Shown here: positions 1 to 9,509 of the stretch, piece after piece
Numbering within the stretch: position 1 is the stretch's first letter
Layout: the number at the start of each line of letters is the position of its first letter
DNA from: an uncultured Spirochaetota bacterium
GTDB lineage: Bacteria; Spirochaetota; Brevinematia; Brevinematales; JAOACQ01
Assembly (NCBI GenBank): GCA_963783575.1
Contig: CAWAOD010000004.1
Span: forward strand, 64,001-128,000
Direction: 5' to 3'
Length of the DNA: 64,000 nt
The notes under the pieces: model-generated
Database searches by the model: none
What the model saw: the letters and a program-made list of their open reading frames with translations, nothing else
What the model was told of the DNA's origin: nothing
Program-made: the position numbers and the translations under genes

Positions 1-61
1 GTTATTTTATACTTTTTCCTTTATAATCATGTAAACAAAATCCTGTATAAAAGAGATAAAT

Positions 62-1161
62 ATGAAAATATTATCACTCCTGATTATTCCCATGTTTTTA
101 TTGCTTTTCATTTGCCAATGGGCAAATGGAGAAGAGTCCGGACTTTTTCAATTAAAAGACTATCTTAGCAACACCCGTTATCCCCAGGATTACTGGCAGA
201 TTTCAACTCCCGAAATCCTGGGTTTGAAAGCCGGCAAATTAATGAAAGCGGTTGAATTTATTGAAAATTATGAGTATGAGATTCACAGTTTTCTGATTGT
301 AAAAAAGGGTGTCTTATATTTGAGCGATACGGGCATAATATAAAAGATAAGCATCAAATTGAACCCTTTGAAAGGCATACCTTATATTCCACAACGAAAA
401 GTTTTATCTCCTGCCTTATCGGTTTTGCGATACAGGAAAAATATATTTCAGGTGTGAATGATAAGATGATAACTTATTTTAATAATATTCCTGTTGAAAA
501 TATGTCGGCAAGAAAATCGAATATAACCATAGCCGATTTACTGACAATGAGAAGCGGATATGACTGGCATGACTCCGCCGGCAGCGATCCTGTCTTTTCT
601 TCTGCAAATCCGGTCTCCCAGTTATTAAACAGGTCTATGATAGCGGAGCCGGGAACACAATGGAATTATGATACCGGAAGCTGCCACATATTGTCGGCAA
701 TATTGTCAAGAACAACCGGGAAAAGCGCGCTTGAATACGCAAATCAAAAATTGTTCATGTCTCTTGGAATAACCAATATAGCCTGGGATGCCGATAAAAC
801 CGGCCTTAATTTCGGCGGGTTCGGTCTTGAGCTGACTCCAAGGGATATGGCTAAATTCGGCTATCTTTACCTGAAAAAAGGAAAATGGAATGGGGTACAA
901 CTCATTTCGGAGGAATGGATAAACGATTCCACAAAGGTTTATTCCGATACTTACTGGCCGTCAATGGGCAAATACGGATACCTTTTCTGGATTCCGGACT
1001 CGAGATTTTATTGTACAAGCGGGCTTTACGGCCAGAAGATTTACATTTTTCCGGGGCTGGATATGGTTGTGGTTTTCACTGCCAATCTTCCTGTCGCAAT
1101 TGCCGAAGATACGCTGAATAATATTGTATTGAATTTCATACTTCCGGCTGCTGAGAATTAA
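62..1161 (+). CDS. Serine hydrolase (beta-lactamase/AmpC-like family), split by a frameshift near 300
   Basis: Signal-peptide-like N-terminus in ORF 62-343. The alternative frame after the A-run at ~301 reads CLIFERYG...LYSTTKSF (SxxK) and joins ORF 454-1161 (LLTMRSG, PGTQWNYDTG, LTPRDMAKFG). Confidence 0.85.
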
Positions 1162-1223
1162 TCCTCAGGCTTTCATAACTGTTTTTTAACCAATTTATCT
1201 CAGAATAAGGAATTGGTATTCTT

Positions 1224-3308
1224 TTATTTCTTATATCTTTTTAATATTTTTTTAAATTCATCCCTGTTTTTGTATTTTTCATAAACCATATCCGTTTCTA
1301 AAAAATTCTCAATAGGATAGCCTTTCTTTAATGCTGTTTCAATATTCTTATAAAATCCCTTATCATTATCCATATCACCGTATATTTCCGCGAGAGAGCC
1401 GTAAGCATAAGAGTAATCCGGGTTAAATTCGATCGCTTTCTGCACATCAGCAATTGCGAGGTCAAACTTTTTTATTGATCGATAAACATTCCCACGGTTA
1501 TTATATACTAATGAATAATTAGGGTTCAACTCGATTGCTTTATTATAGTCGTTAATTGCTTTTCCATATTCTTTTTGATAGTAATAAGCAACCCCTCGGC
1601 TATTATAGGCATCCGAATAATTAGGATTCAGTTCGATTGCTTTACTATAGTCATTTATAGCTTTTTTATATTCCTTTTGATCTGAATAAACAAGCCCGCG
1701 ATTATGATAGGCTAATAATAAATCCGGATTTAGTTGGATCGCTCTGTTATAATCATTTATAGCTTTTTCATATTCCTTTTGATCGTAATATGCAACCCCG
1801 CGATTATGATAGGCCTCCGAATAATCCGGTTTCAATCCGATTGCATTATTATAATCATTTATTGCTTTTTCGTAATCAATTTGAGCGGAATAAACAAGTC
1901 CGCGATTATGATAGGCTAAAGAATAAGCCGGATTCAGTTCGATAGCTTTATTATAATCGTTTATTGCTTTTTCATATTCCTTTTGATCGTAATATGCAAC
2001 CCCGCGGTTATTATAGGCATCCGAATAATCCGGTTTCAGTTCGATTGCTTTACTATACCATTCGATTATTTCTTTAGGATTTTTGCTGTCATAAGCCTTA
2101 TTAAACCAATCAAGGGCGGTAAGATAACTATTGAATTTATTTTTATCATGATCTGAAATGACGGGTGAAGACTGAACGGTTGCTTTATTGAAATTATCAA
2201 TATACCTTTTTGTTTTTTCCTCAAATTGCTTTGCTTCTTCGGATAATTTTTCAGTATCACACTGGTATTTATTCCATAATTTGAAAATAAAAGTATCGAA
2301 ATTCTCTATTTTTACAATAAAACTATTTTTTGTATTGTTGATCAGGTTTACAACACGCCAGTTCATGGAATTGATATCCATAGCGCACCAGTATAAACAG
2401 AAATGCCGGTCCTTTTTCTTTTTTTCCAGGATATTCATAATAGAATAATCCGAACCGTTATACCCGATGACAACAAGCCCCAGTTTTTCCAGGGCTTCGT
2501 TAAATTTGGTTTCCATATTTTTATCCAGGGACTGCGTTTCATTATTTATATTTTTGATGTTTTCAAATAAATAATCGCCGTGGAGCTTGATTATATTCGG
2601 TTTGTCATCCTCGATATTGATGTATTTCGCGGTCTCATTATGGGAATAGACCCGGGGTTTTTTATGCGTATAGAACAAAAGGGCGTCATTTATCAGATCG
2701 TCAAAATTGGTCGTAAAAATATTTTTCACAACGCCCTTTTTAACGATATTCGCGAATAGAATGTAAGCTCCCTGGGGTTCTTTCTTTTCTATCAGCCGCT
2801 CGATAAACTTCTGCCGCTCCCTTTCATCCTCTGAGTATTCCTCGAACCAGAAACCGTAAAGACTATCCGAATAAATATGATCTTTTAAATCATCCCATAA
2901 TTTTTGATTGTCCGAATATTCATTTTTGATCGATTCGGGAATTTTATTTATATAACTGATTTTATCTTCTTCCATTTTTGCTTTAAAGTGATCTTCTTTT
3001 TCATTAATAAATTTTTCATAATCTTTTTGGCGGGAATCATCTTTCTGAAGGTAAGTGTCGATTAATTTTATTATTTCAGATATACTATCCGCTTCATTGC
3101 TGTTTAAGTCCGTCCTGCTTTTCGCGAAACAGTTCTTTTTTATTATTTCTATAATCCCCCCGCCGGATGGAATTTCCGAACTGATTGAAGAACCTGCTCC
3201 TAAAAATAGCGAGAATTTCGAGAGATTTTTTTCGATTTTTATACCCATTTCATTCAGCAAGACAGCTTCATCTTTAATTTTTTCATTATTGATTTCAAAT
3301 TTTTTCAT
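1224..3308 (-). CDS. SIR2-like domain protein with C-terminal TPR repeats
   Basis: SIR2 motifs LFLGAGSS, FTTNFDDL, IIKLHGD and VVIGYNGSD, followed by ~7-8 TPR units of 34 aa (AYxNRG...AIxDYxKAIELNP). Confidence 0.9.
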   Translation of the reverse strand: MKKFEINNEKIKDEAVLLNEMGIKIEKNLSKFSLFLGAGSSISSEIPSGGGIIEIIKKNCFAKSRTDLNSNEADSISEIIKLIDTYLQKDDSRQKDYEKFINEKEDHFKAKMEEDKISYINKIPESIKNEYSDNQKLWDDLKDHIYSDSLYGFWFEEYSEDERERQKFIERLIEKKEPQGAYILFANIVKKGVVKNIFTTNFDDLINDALLFYTHKKPRVYSHNETAKYINIEDDKPNIIKLHGDYLFENIKNINNETQSLDKNMETKFNEALEKLGLVVIGYNGSDYSIMNILEKKKKDRHFCLYWCAMDINSMNWRVVNLINNTKNSFIVKIENFDTFIFKLWNKYQCDTEKLSEEAKQFEEKTKRYIDNFNKATVQSSPVISDHDKNKFNSYLTALDWFNKAYDSKNPKEIIEWYSKAIELKPDYSDAYNNRGVAYYDQKEYEKAINDYNKAIELNPAYSLAYHNRGLVYSAQIDYEKAINDYNNAIGLKPDYSEAYHNRGVAYYDQKEYEKAINDYNRAIQLNPDLLLAYHNRGLVYSDQKEYKKAINDYSKAIELNPNYSDAYNSRGVAYYYQKEYGKAINDYNKAIELNPNYSLVYNNRGNVYRSIKKFDLAIADVQKAIEFNPDYSYAYGSLAEIYGDMDNDKGFYKNIETALKKGYPIENFLETDMVYEKYKNRDEFKKILKRYKK

Positions 3309-3334
3309 ATATTTATTCCTGTCCTGAATTTTTC

Positions 3335-3898
3335 TTACATTTTTTCTTTCCAGATCGGCGTTCCCCTCGGTGTCTTGCTCAAATAATGTGTCTCAAGAAA
3401 AGTAATGCCTCCCTGTATTGCCGGCATTATCTTTTCAATCCTGGCAAGCCTTTCCTCCGAGTCGAAAGCCCAGTCGCTGTCAGGATATTCGCTTAATACC
3501 CTCTGAAAAACATGATTTAGCGGCATCCAGGTTCATTTTCTTTTTTGTTAGCGTTTCCATATCGAAAAGAACCTGGTTAAATTTGAGAGAAATGGAACCA
3601 TTGTATTTATTGAAATAATCAACCCCTCTTTTATAGATTGTGTAATCGTCTTCAGCAGGCTGTGATTTATATTCCTCAGGCTTAACCTGTTTTCCTGACT
3701 TTTTCTGGCGTTCCTTAGTGGACAGAATTGCCTGATAAGCCTCATTAATATGGGCCATTTCACTTTCCTTTGACAATTTCTCTTTATTATCAGTAAACAA
3801 ATCTGGATGATTTTCTTTTGCCAGTTTTCTATAGGCTTTCTTAATTTCAACCGTTGATGCTTCCGGCCCAATCCTAAAATCCTATAATATTCATCCAT
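3335..3898 (-). CDS. J-domain protein with short TPR-like C-terminus (two apparent frameshifts)
   Basis: Joined frames read MDEYYRILG / GPEASTVEIKKAYRKLAKENHPDLF...HINEAYQAIL / FQRVLSEYPDSDWA. HPD motif intact. The ATG overlaps the end of the upstream gene (ATGGATGA). Confidence 0.75.
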
Positions 3899-4799
3899 AA
3901 GACCTCTCGTTATTCTTAAAATATGAATAGGTATTATTATCGTCATGAATTGCTGTCATTTTTCCCGCCATGATTCCATGGATGCACCCGATATTATGCA
4001 TGGCAAAATTTAGAGCCTCAAAAATACAATCTATCTTTCTAATTCCGAATTCGGGAAGAAGCTGCATAATACTCTCCAGGGAAGTGCTGTTCATAAATTT
4101 ATCCATCCTCTTCCGGATATTATAGAAATAATCCCTTAGCCCGACAAAAGGCCTGTGTTCCAAATTTTCCGGCTTAAGCGAGATATTTTTAATATATTCT
4201 TCAAAGCCTGCTCCTTTAAGGTTCCTTGCCGACAAAAAATAATCGGGGAAACCTGAGGGTGCGAGCACCCATTTATCAATAAAAATCAGGATGTCAAGGA
4301 CATAACGCCACAACTGCTTTCCGCTGTATTCTTTTTCCCAGCCGTCAAAACTTTTATGATCTACCAGGCCCCTTCTTCCGGGGGTTCTGTATTCGTTGAT
4401 TTTCTGAAGTGTCGCTCCCGAAATGCGAAGAAAATCCTCAATTTCCCATAGAATAAAATTCAGTTGTGCGAAGATTCTATTCAAGGATCCGTAATTTATA
4501 CCTTCTTTGCCGGGAAGAGCAGAATGGATTTTCAGTCCGCCCGGGGCGGTTTTTGATTGCCGGTTATTCAGAACACTGCTGTTTCTTAAATAGGTATTAT
4601 ATTCTTCTCTTTTTTCAGGATCGGAGAGAATGCTGTAAGCCTGATAAAGGATTATGAATTTTGCTTCCGATTCGGGGGAATTATTGTTTTTATCGGGATG
4701 ATGTATTAATGCCAGCCTTCGGAAAGCCGTTTTGATTTCTTCAACGGATGCCTCTTCGCAAACATCCAGTATTTCATAAAATGATATATAAGCAGACAT
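3891..4799 (-). CDS. J-domain (DnaJ-type) protein with unrecognised C-terminal domain
   Basis: FYEILDV...EIKTAFRRLALIHHPDKN...AYSILSDPEKREEY; no G/F-rich region or zinc finger. ATG at 4799 preferred over the ORF-track start at 4865. Confidence 0.85.
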   Translation of the reverse strand: MSAYISFYEILDVCEEASVEEIKTAFRRLALIHHPDKNNNSPESEAKFIILYQAYSILSDPEKREEYNTYLRNSSVLNNRQSKTAPGGLKIHSALPGKEGINYGSLNRIFAQLNFILWEIEDFLRISGATLQKINEYRTPGRRGLVDHKSFDGWEKEYSGKQLWRYVLDILIFIDKWVLAPSGFPDYFLSARNLKGAGFEEYIKNISLKPENLEHRPFVGLRDYFYNIRKRMDKFMNSTSLESIMQLLPEFGIRKIDCIFEALNFAMHNIGCIHGIMAGKMTAIHDDNNTYSYFKNNERSYG

Positions 4800-4898
4800 A
4801 TTATATGAACCTTTGTTTTTATTCAAAAGACAATAAATCGTATAATTTATAATCTGAAAAGTCAAACAAACAGGAATTTGGGATTAAATTAATTTAGA

Positions 4899-4933
4899 TT
4901 GACTAATATTCTAATAATATGATATAATATTAG
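4899..4933 (+). promoter_or_regulatory. Sigma70-like promoter with overlapping inverted repeat (candidate TetR operator)
   Basis: TTGACT-18-TATAAT; CTAATATT...AATATTAG inverted repeat overlaps it. Confidence 0.5.
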
Positions 4934-4952
4934 ATAGTTTTGGAGGTGTTTT

Positions 4953-5552
4953 ATGGCTCCCGACAGGAGGAATGAGATATTGGATGCGGCCGGAAAATGT
5001 TTTACTCGCTTCGGTTACGATAAAACGACCCTTGACGACATCGGTAATATGGTTGGTATAAATAAGGTATCGCTTTATTATTATTTTAAGAACAAGGAAA
5101 CACTTTTTGCAGAAATGATTTCCAGGGAAGCTGACGAATTTATGAGCAAGGTCCTGAAAAATGTCGAAGGAATATCCTCACCGAGGGAAAGAATCCTTGC
5201 ATGGATAGCCGAAAGCTTCAAATACACCCAGAGCGGTAGTGTCCTGCACCAGCTCTCTATGGAAACGCTTAAAAAGCTTACACCCCAACTGGAAGGATTG
5301 AAAATCTATGCTCAAAAGAAGAGTGTGGAAACAATCGAGGCTATGCTGAAAGAAGGGCAGGTAAATGAGTTCATTCCATGCAACACGAACAAAGTCGCGG
5401 AAATCATTCAGAAAATCATGTATTCTATGAAAGAGTCGGCATATAACCTGGTAAAGTCGGGTCAGGCAGCTACCCTGGATAGCGGGACCCTGGACAGTGA
5501 TATTGCTTATGCGGTATCACTGGTTTTGGATGGAATAAGCTTAAAGAAATAA
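4953..5552 (+). CDS. TetR/AcrR family transcriptional regulator
   Basis: ILDAAGKCFTRFGYDKTTLDDIG...SLYYYFKNKE HTH signature; GGAGG RBS. Confidence 0.93.
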   Translation: MAPDRRNEILDAAGKCFTRFGYDKTTLDDIGNMVGINKVSLYYYFKNKETLFAEMISREADEFMSKVLKNVEGISSPRERILAWIAESFKYTQSGSVLHQLSMETLKKLTPQLEGLKIYAQKKSVETIEAMLKEGQVNEFIPCNTNKVAEIIQKIMYSMKESAYNLVKSGQAATLDSGTLDSDIAYAVSLVLDGISLKK

Positions 5553-5562
5553 ATTTAGGAGG

Positions 5563-5886
5563 ATGTTTATGTTTATTTTGATTCAAATCGGAGTTTATTT
5601 ACTTTATTTTATTGTGGGTTCTTTGTTCAGTAATGTTTTTCTTCACCTGGTCTGGAGTTTTCATTTTACCAAACTCCCCGAAAAACATAGGAATACATTT
5701 ATGGGCTCCCACATTGGAACCGCGGTATCCGCTCTTATTTACTTATTTATCGGAGCTCTCATTCTGGCGCTGCTGAAATACCAATTCGGCCTGAATCTGA
5801 ATTCATTATTCATATTCATAGGCGTCAGCCTTGTGGCCGTCAATGTTGCATTAAGGTTTGACAAAGCAGAGAAAAAAAATTCTTGA
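5563..5886 (+). CDS. Small membrane protein
   Basis: Three hydrophobic segments; AGGAGG RBS; N-terminus resembles the next gene. Confidence 0.7.
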   Translation: MFMFILIQIGVYLLYFIVGSLFSNVFLHLVWSFHFTKLPEKHRNTFMGSHIGTAVSALIYLFIGALILALLKYQFGLNLNSLFIFIGVSLVAVNVALRFDKAEKKNS

Positions 5887-5939
5887 TGGAAATTATTCGA
5901 TCCATTATTAGATGTTCGTTGGGAAAATAGGAGGGAAAA

Positions 5940-6278
5940 ATGATTGTTTTATTTTATGCGGCCTATTTTATTGCCGGGGGTTTGTTTGTTAACGGGTTTT
6001 TCCATTATCTGATGGGAATGTCGGGAAGAAAATTTGTTAAACGTCCGCGAATGCTGTCTCAGGAAAGATTTGATAAGATGTCTGCCAGATCTACCGGTTT
6101 CAATTCCGCTGTTTATAATGTCATTTACGGAATGATACAAATGATCATAGCTTTTTTACTGATAACAGGTGTCGGTAAATTTCATTTAGGACTGACATGG
6201 GAAACGGGCATATTTATCCTGAATATTGTCATCTCTTCTATTCTTACCGCCTGGAATTTTGAGGGGACATTATCGTAA
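5940..6278 (+). CDS. Small membrane protein
   Basis: Three hydrophobic segments; GGAGG RBS. Confidence 0.7.
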   Translation: MIVLFYAAYFIAGGLFVNGFFHYLMGMSGRKFVKRPRMLSQERFDKMSARSTGFNSAVYNVIYGMIQMIIAFLLITGVGKFHLGLTWETGIFILNIVISSILTAWNFEGTLS

Positions 6279-6407
6279 AAGCAATGATTGCCTGAAAGAA
6301 ATAAGTAAACTGAAGGCATTGAGCAACGGCAAATTTAAATTTTGATAAGTTAATATAGCGGGGTTCATAATGTTCCTATAAAGCAAAATTTTTCATGGGA
6401 GGAAATA

Positions 6408-8294
6408 ATGAAATTAGAAATTTTTGTAGAAACATTCCTTTGTATAATAATTTTATTATCGATATTGTCATGCGGACACAAGCCGGCTGTTAAAGGGGAA
6501 AATCCCATATCAGAGGAAAAATCAAATATTGAGACAAATGTGGGATATCCTGTATCGGAAGAATATTTAAATATTGAAACAAACAATATCTTCACTACCG
6601 AAGAAACCGTTGTACTCTCGAATAAAACTAAGGTATTGATACTTCCGTTTGACAACAGGTCGGATCAGTCGAAGTATCCAAACGCTAAAATAGTAAATAC
6701 TATTATAATGAGTGAATTATACGCATTTCTATACATCGTGCCTTCTTTCGACGTTCCTGAAAAAACTGAACTGGCCGCTCTGAATTCCGAATTTTTAAAC
6801 CGGAAAGATATAAAACCGCAGGATATTTACAGTAACTATCAGGCGGATATTATTATTTTCGGTAATTATGGCCTAAATGGCAGTAAAACAGATCCAACGG
6901 CGCAAATACGGCTTAATATATGGAATAAAGCGTCTGGAAAGATTGATACTCATGAATATAATACACCCATTGACGCAGATATTTTTGACGCAATAGATGC
7001 TATGCTCTCCCAGATTATCAGTTTAACGCTTAATGAAGAAGTTAAAATCTCATATCTCAATATCGGAAATTTCAAAATAGGAAACGGATCTTATTCACTT
7101 ACGATCAATAATAAACCAGCGGCAAAAATAACAAATGATAATTTTTCACTGAATCTTAAAATATTACCGAATGCGATTTATTCGATAAGGTTAAGAAATA
7201 CCGCGGATAACAAAAATGTTTTAAACAATCAGGTTATGTTAAAGCCCGGTGAAACGACAAATATTAGTTATACCGCGGCTTTCGCTGAAGATAACTTGTA
7301 TGACGTAGTTACAAACGGCAATATAGCGTTTATCAAATATTACCGCGATGATATTAACAAGCCCCTTGATATTAATGGCAACACGGCTTTGATTTTAGCG
7401 ATCTATGGCGGAGATATGAACATGATTAAAGTCTTGATCGAGGCTAAGGCCGATGTCAACACAGCAGACAAAGATGGCGTAACAGCTTTGATGTGGGCGG
7501 CCATTAAAAGCCGATCGGATGCGGTCAAAGCATTGATCGAAGCTAAAGCCGGCCTCAACGCCGCTGATAAAGACGGCTGGACGGCTTTGATGTGGGCGGC
7601 TAGAAAATACAATGAGAGTGTGATGGAAGCATTAATCGAAGCTAAAGCCGACCTCAACGCTATAGATATAAACGGATATACGGCTTTATCATATGCGGCC
7701 AGGGATGGCGATACTAATGTGGTTAAAATATTGATTGAGGCAAAGGCCGATCTCAACACCTTGACTAAAAATAATGAAACGGCTTTGATGCTTGCCGCCC
7801 AAAATGGGCATACTGATGTAGTTAAAGCATTGATCGAGGCAATGGCTGATCTAAACAAGGGGGATAATAATGGCTGGACGGCTTTGATGTGGGCAGCCCA
7901 AAATAGGCACACAGATATAGTCAAAGCATTGATCGAAGCAAAGACCGATGTTAACAAAGAGGATAATAATGGCTGGACGGTTTTGATGTATTCGGCTAAT
8001 TCCACTATCACAGGACTTTTAAGAGCAGCCGGGGCGAAACAGACCATATTCGGTGCTGCTGCAATAGGTGATATAGATTTTATCAAAAATTACTCGGGAG
8101 ATGTTAATTCTGTGAATAAAAACGGCATTACGGCTTTGATGTGGGCCACCCAAAACGGTCATACGGAAGCGGTTAAAAAATTGATTGCGGCCGGTGCCAA
8201 TGTTAATGCTGTTGATTCAAAGGGAGATACGGCTTTGTCGCTTACTAAAGATGCCTCCATCATCAATCTTTTAAAAAAGGCTGGAGCGAAGTAA
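6408..8294 (+). CDS. Lipoprotein with C-terminal ankyrin repeats
   Basis: Lipobox-like ILSC; ~8 repeats of G.TALM.AA..G...VK.LIEAKAD.N. Confidence 0.9.
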   Translation: MKLEIFVETFLCIIILLSILSCGHKPAVKGENPISEEKSNIETNVGYPVSEEYLNIETNNIFTTEETVVLSNKTKVLILPFDNRSDQSKYPNAKIVNTIIMSELYAFLYIVPSFDVPEKTELAALNSEFLNRKDIKPQDIYSNYQADIIIFGNYGLNGSKTDPTAQIRLNIWNKASGKIDTHEYNTPIDADIFDAIDAMLSQIISLTLNEEVKISYLNIGNFKIGNGSYSLTINNKPAAKITNDNFSLNLKILPNAIYSIRLRNTADNKNVLNNQVMLKPGETTNISYTAAFAEDNLYDVVTNGNIAFIKYYRDDINKPLDINGNTALILAIYGGDMNMIKVLIEAKADVNTADKDGVTALMWAAIKSRSDAVKALIEAKAGLNAADKDGWTALMWAARKYNESVMEALIEAKADLNAIDINGYTALSYAARDGDTNVVKILIEAKADLNTLTKNNETALMLAAQNGHTDVVKALIEAMADLNKGDNNGWTALMWAAQNRHTDIVKALIEAKTDVNKEDNNGWTVLMYSANSTITGLLRAAGAKQTIFGAAAIGDIDFIKNYSGDVNSVNKNGITALMWATQNGHTEAVKKLIAAGANVNAVDSKGDTALSLTKDASIINLLKKAGAK

Positions 8295-8324
8295 AAACAA
8301 TATCGCCCCCTTAAGGAGGAGGAT

Positions 8325-9188
8325 ATGAAAAACACCGGGATGAGCGGAAAAATATGTCTGGTAACCGGGGCGAATTCCGGCATCGGAAAAGCCCTTGCAA
8401 TGAAGCTGGCCGGCTACGGCGCAAAAATAGTTCTTGCCTGCCGTGACCGGGAGCGTGGTGAAAAAGCCATGAAAGAAATAAAAGAAATTACGCAAAACCC
8501 TGATGTTGAACTGCTTATAATGGATTTATCATCGCAGAAATCTGTCAGAAACGGTGTACTGGAAATCAAGAGCCGGTATGGAAAGCTGGATGTGTTGATC
8601 AACAATGCAGGTGTATTGCTGTTTGAGAAAAACCAGTGCGAGGACGGAATAGAAAAAACACTGGCAACAAATCTCTTGGGACCGTTTTTATTAACCAATC
8701 TTTTACTGGAATCGTTCCGACCCTTTGCACGAATTATCAATGTTGTATCGGAAGGAACGACCAAAGGGGAGATTGAACTGGGAAATCTCAATTCCGGGAA
8801 AAAATACAACCCCGTTCTGGCCTATTCTCAATCCAAGCAGGCTGAAATTCTATTCACTTACGAATTAGCGGAAAGATTGAAAAGTACCAATATAACCGCG
8901 AATTGCTTTTATCCCGGGCTGGTAAAGACTAATCTTGCAATGGCTGATAGAAGTTTACTGAAAGAATCATTAATAAGAAAAGTGATGACGACGTTGTTAA
9001 AATTCATGTTTGTTCCATTGGAAGAAAGCATTAAATTAAGAGTTTTTTTGGCAGCATCGGGTAAAGCGGCTGAAATGAACGGAAAATTTCTCATGTGCCG
9101 GAAAAATAAAATTATTATAAAAACATCCGGTGATCGGGCAACCTCTCAGAAACTCTGGGAGATATGCAGGGGATTAACCGGTTTATAG
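8325..9188 (+). CDS. SDR family oxidoreductase
   Basis: TGANSGIG, NNAG and YSQSK motifs. Confidence 0.92.
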   Translation: MKNTGMSGKICLVTGANSGIGKALAMKLAGYGAKIVLACRDRERGEKAMKEIKEITQNPDVELLIMDLSSQKSVRNGVLEIKSRYGKLDVLINNAGVLLFEKNQCEDGIEKTLATNLLGPFLLTNLLLESFRPFARIINVVSEGTTKGEIELGNLNSGKKYNPVLAYSQSKQAEILFTYELAERLKSTNITANCFYPGLVKTNLAMADRSLLKESLIRKVMTTLLKFMFVPLEESIKLRVFLAASGKAAEMNGKFLMCRKNKIIIKTSGDRATSQKLWEICRGLTGL

Positions 9189-9234
9189 GAAAGATTGTTT
9201 TGAAAAAATCAGCAAAAATCAGGAGGTTTCTTGA

Positions 9235-9461
9235 ATGGATATTTTTAAGGCAATAAAAGCAGGCGATATCAATGCCATCAAGGAACATATAAAATAAAAA
9301 CTATTTATGCAGATCCTTTCATTGCAAAATTGATGGGAGCTTTTATGGAATCCATGAGCATCCTGGTTGAGGATTCGAATAGAAGATTATTAGTAAAATC
9401 AACAGCGCGCAATACTGAAATTATTCTTGAGGAGATTTCAAATATTTCTAATGTAAGATAG
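9235..9461 (+). pseudogene. Chimeric gene remnant: ankyrin-like 5' end joined to the 3' end of a 59899/60851-family paralog
   Basis: AGGAGG RBS plus MDIFKAIKAGDINAIKEHIK*. The overlapping frame TYKIKTIYADPFIAKLM...VEDSNRRLLVK...ILEEISN* matches TIKVGGEPADPFLGKLL...IEDSERGLVIK...ILEEISE. Confidence 0.6.
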
Positions 9462-9509
9462 CTAATATTTTAATAAAATTATTTGAAAACATAAAAAAGG
9501 AGCATCAAT

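Noticed and set aside
1330..2110. TPR repeats considered as a diversity-generating retroelement target
   Set aside because: No reverse transcriptase or non-coding template repeat in the window, and differences are not adenine-specific.
7403..8086. 227-aa antisense ORF
   Set aside because: Shadow of the ankyrin repeats on the opposite strand.
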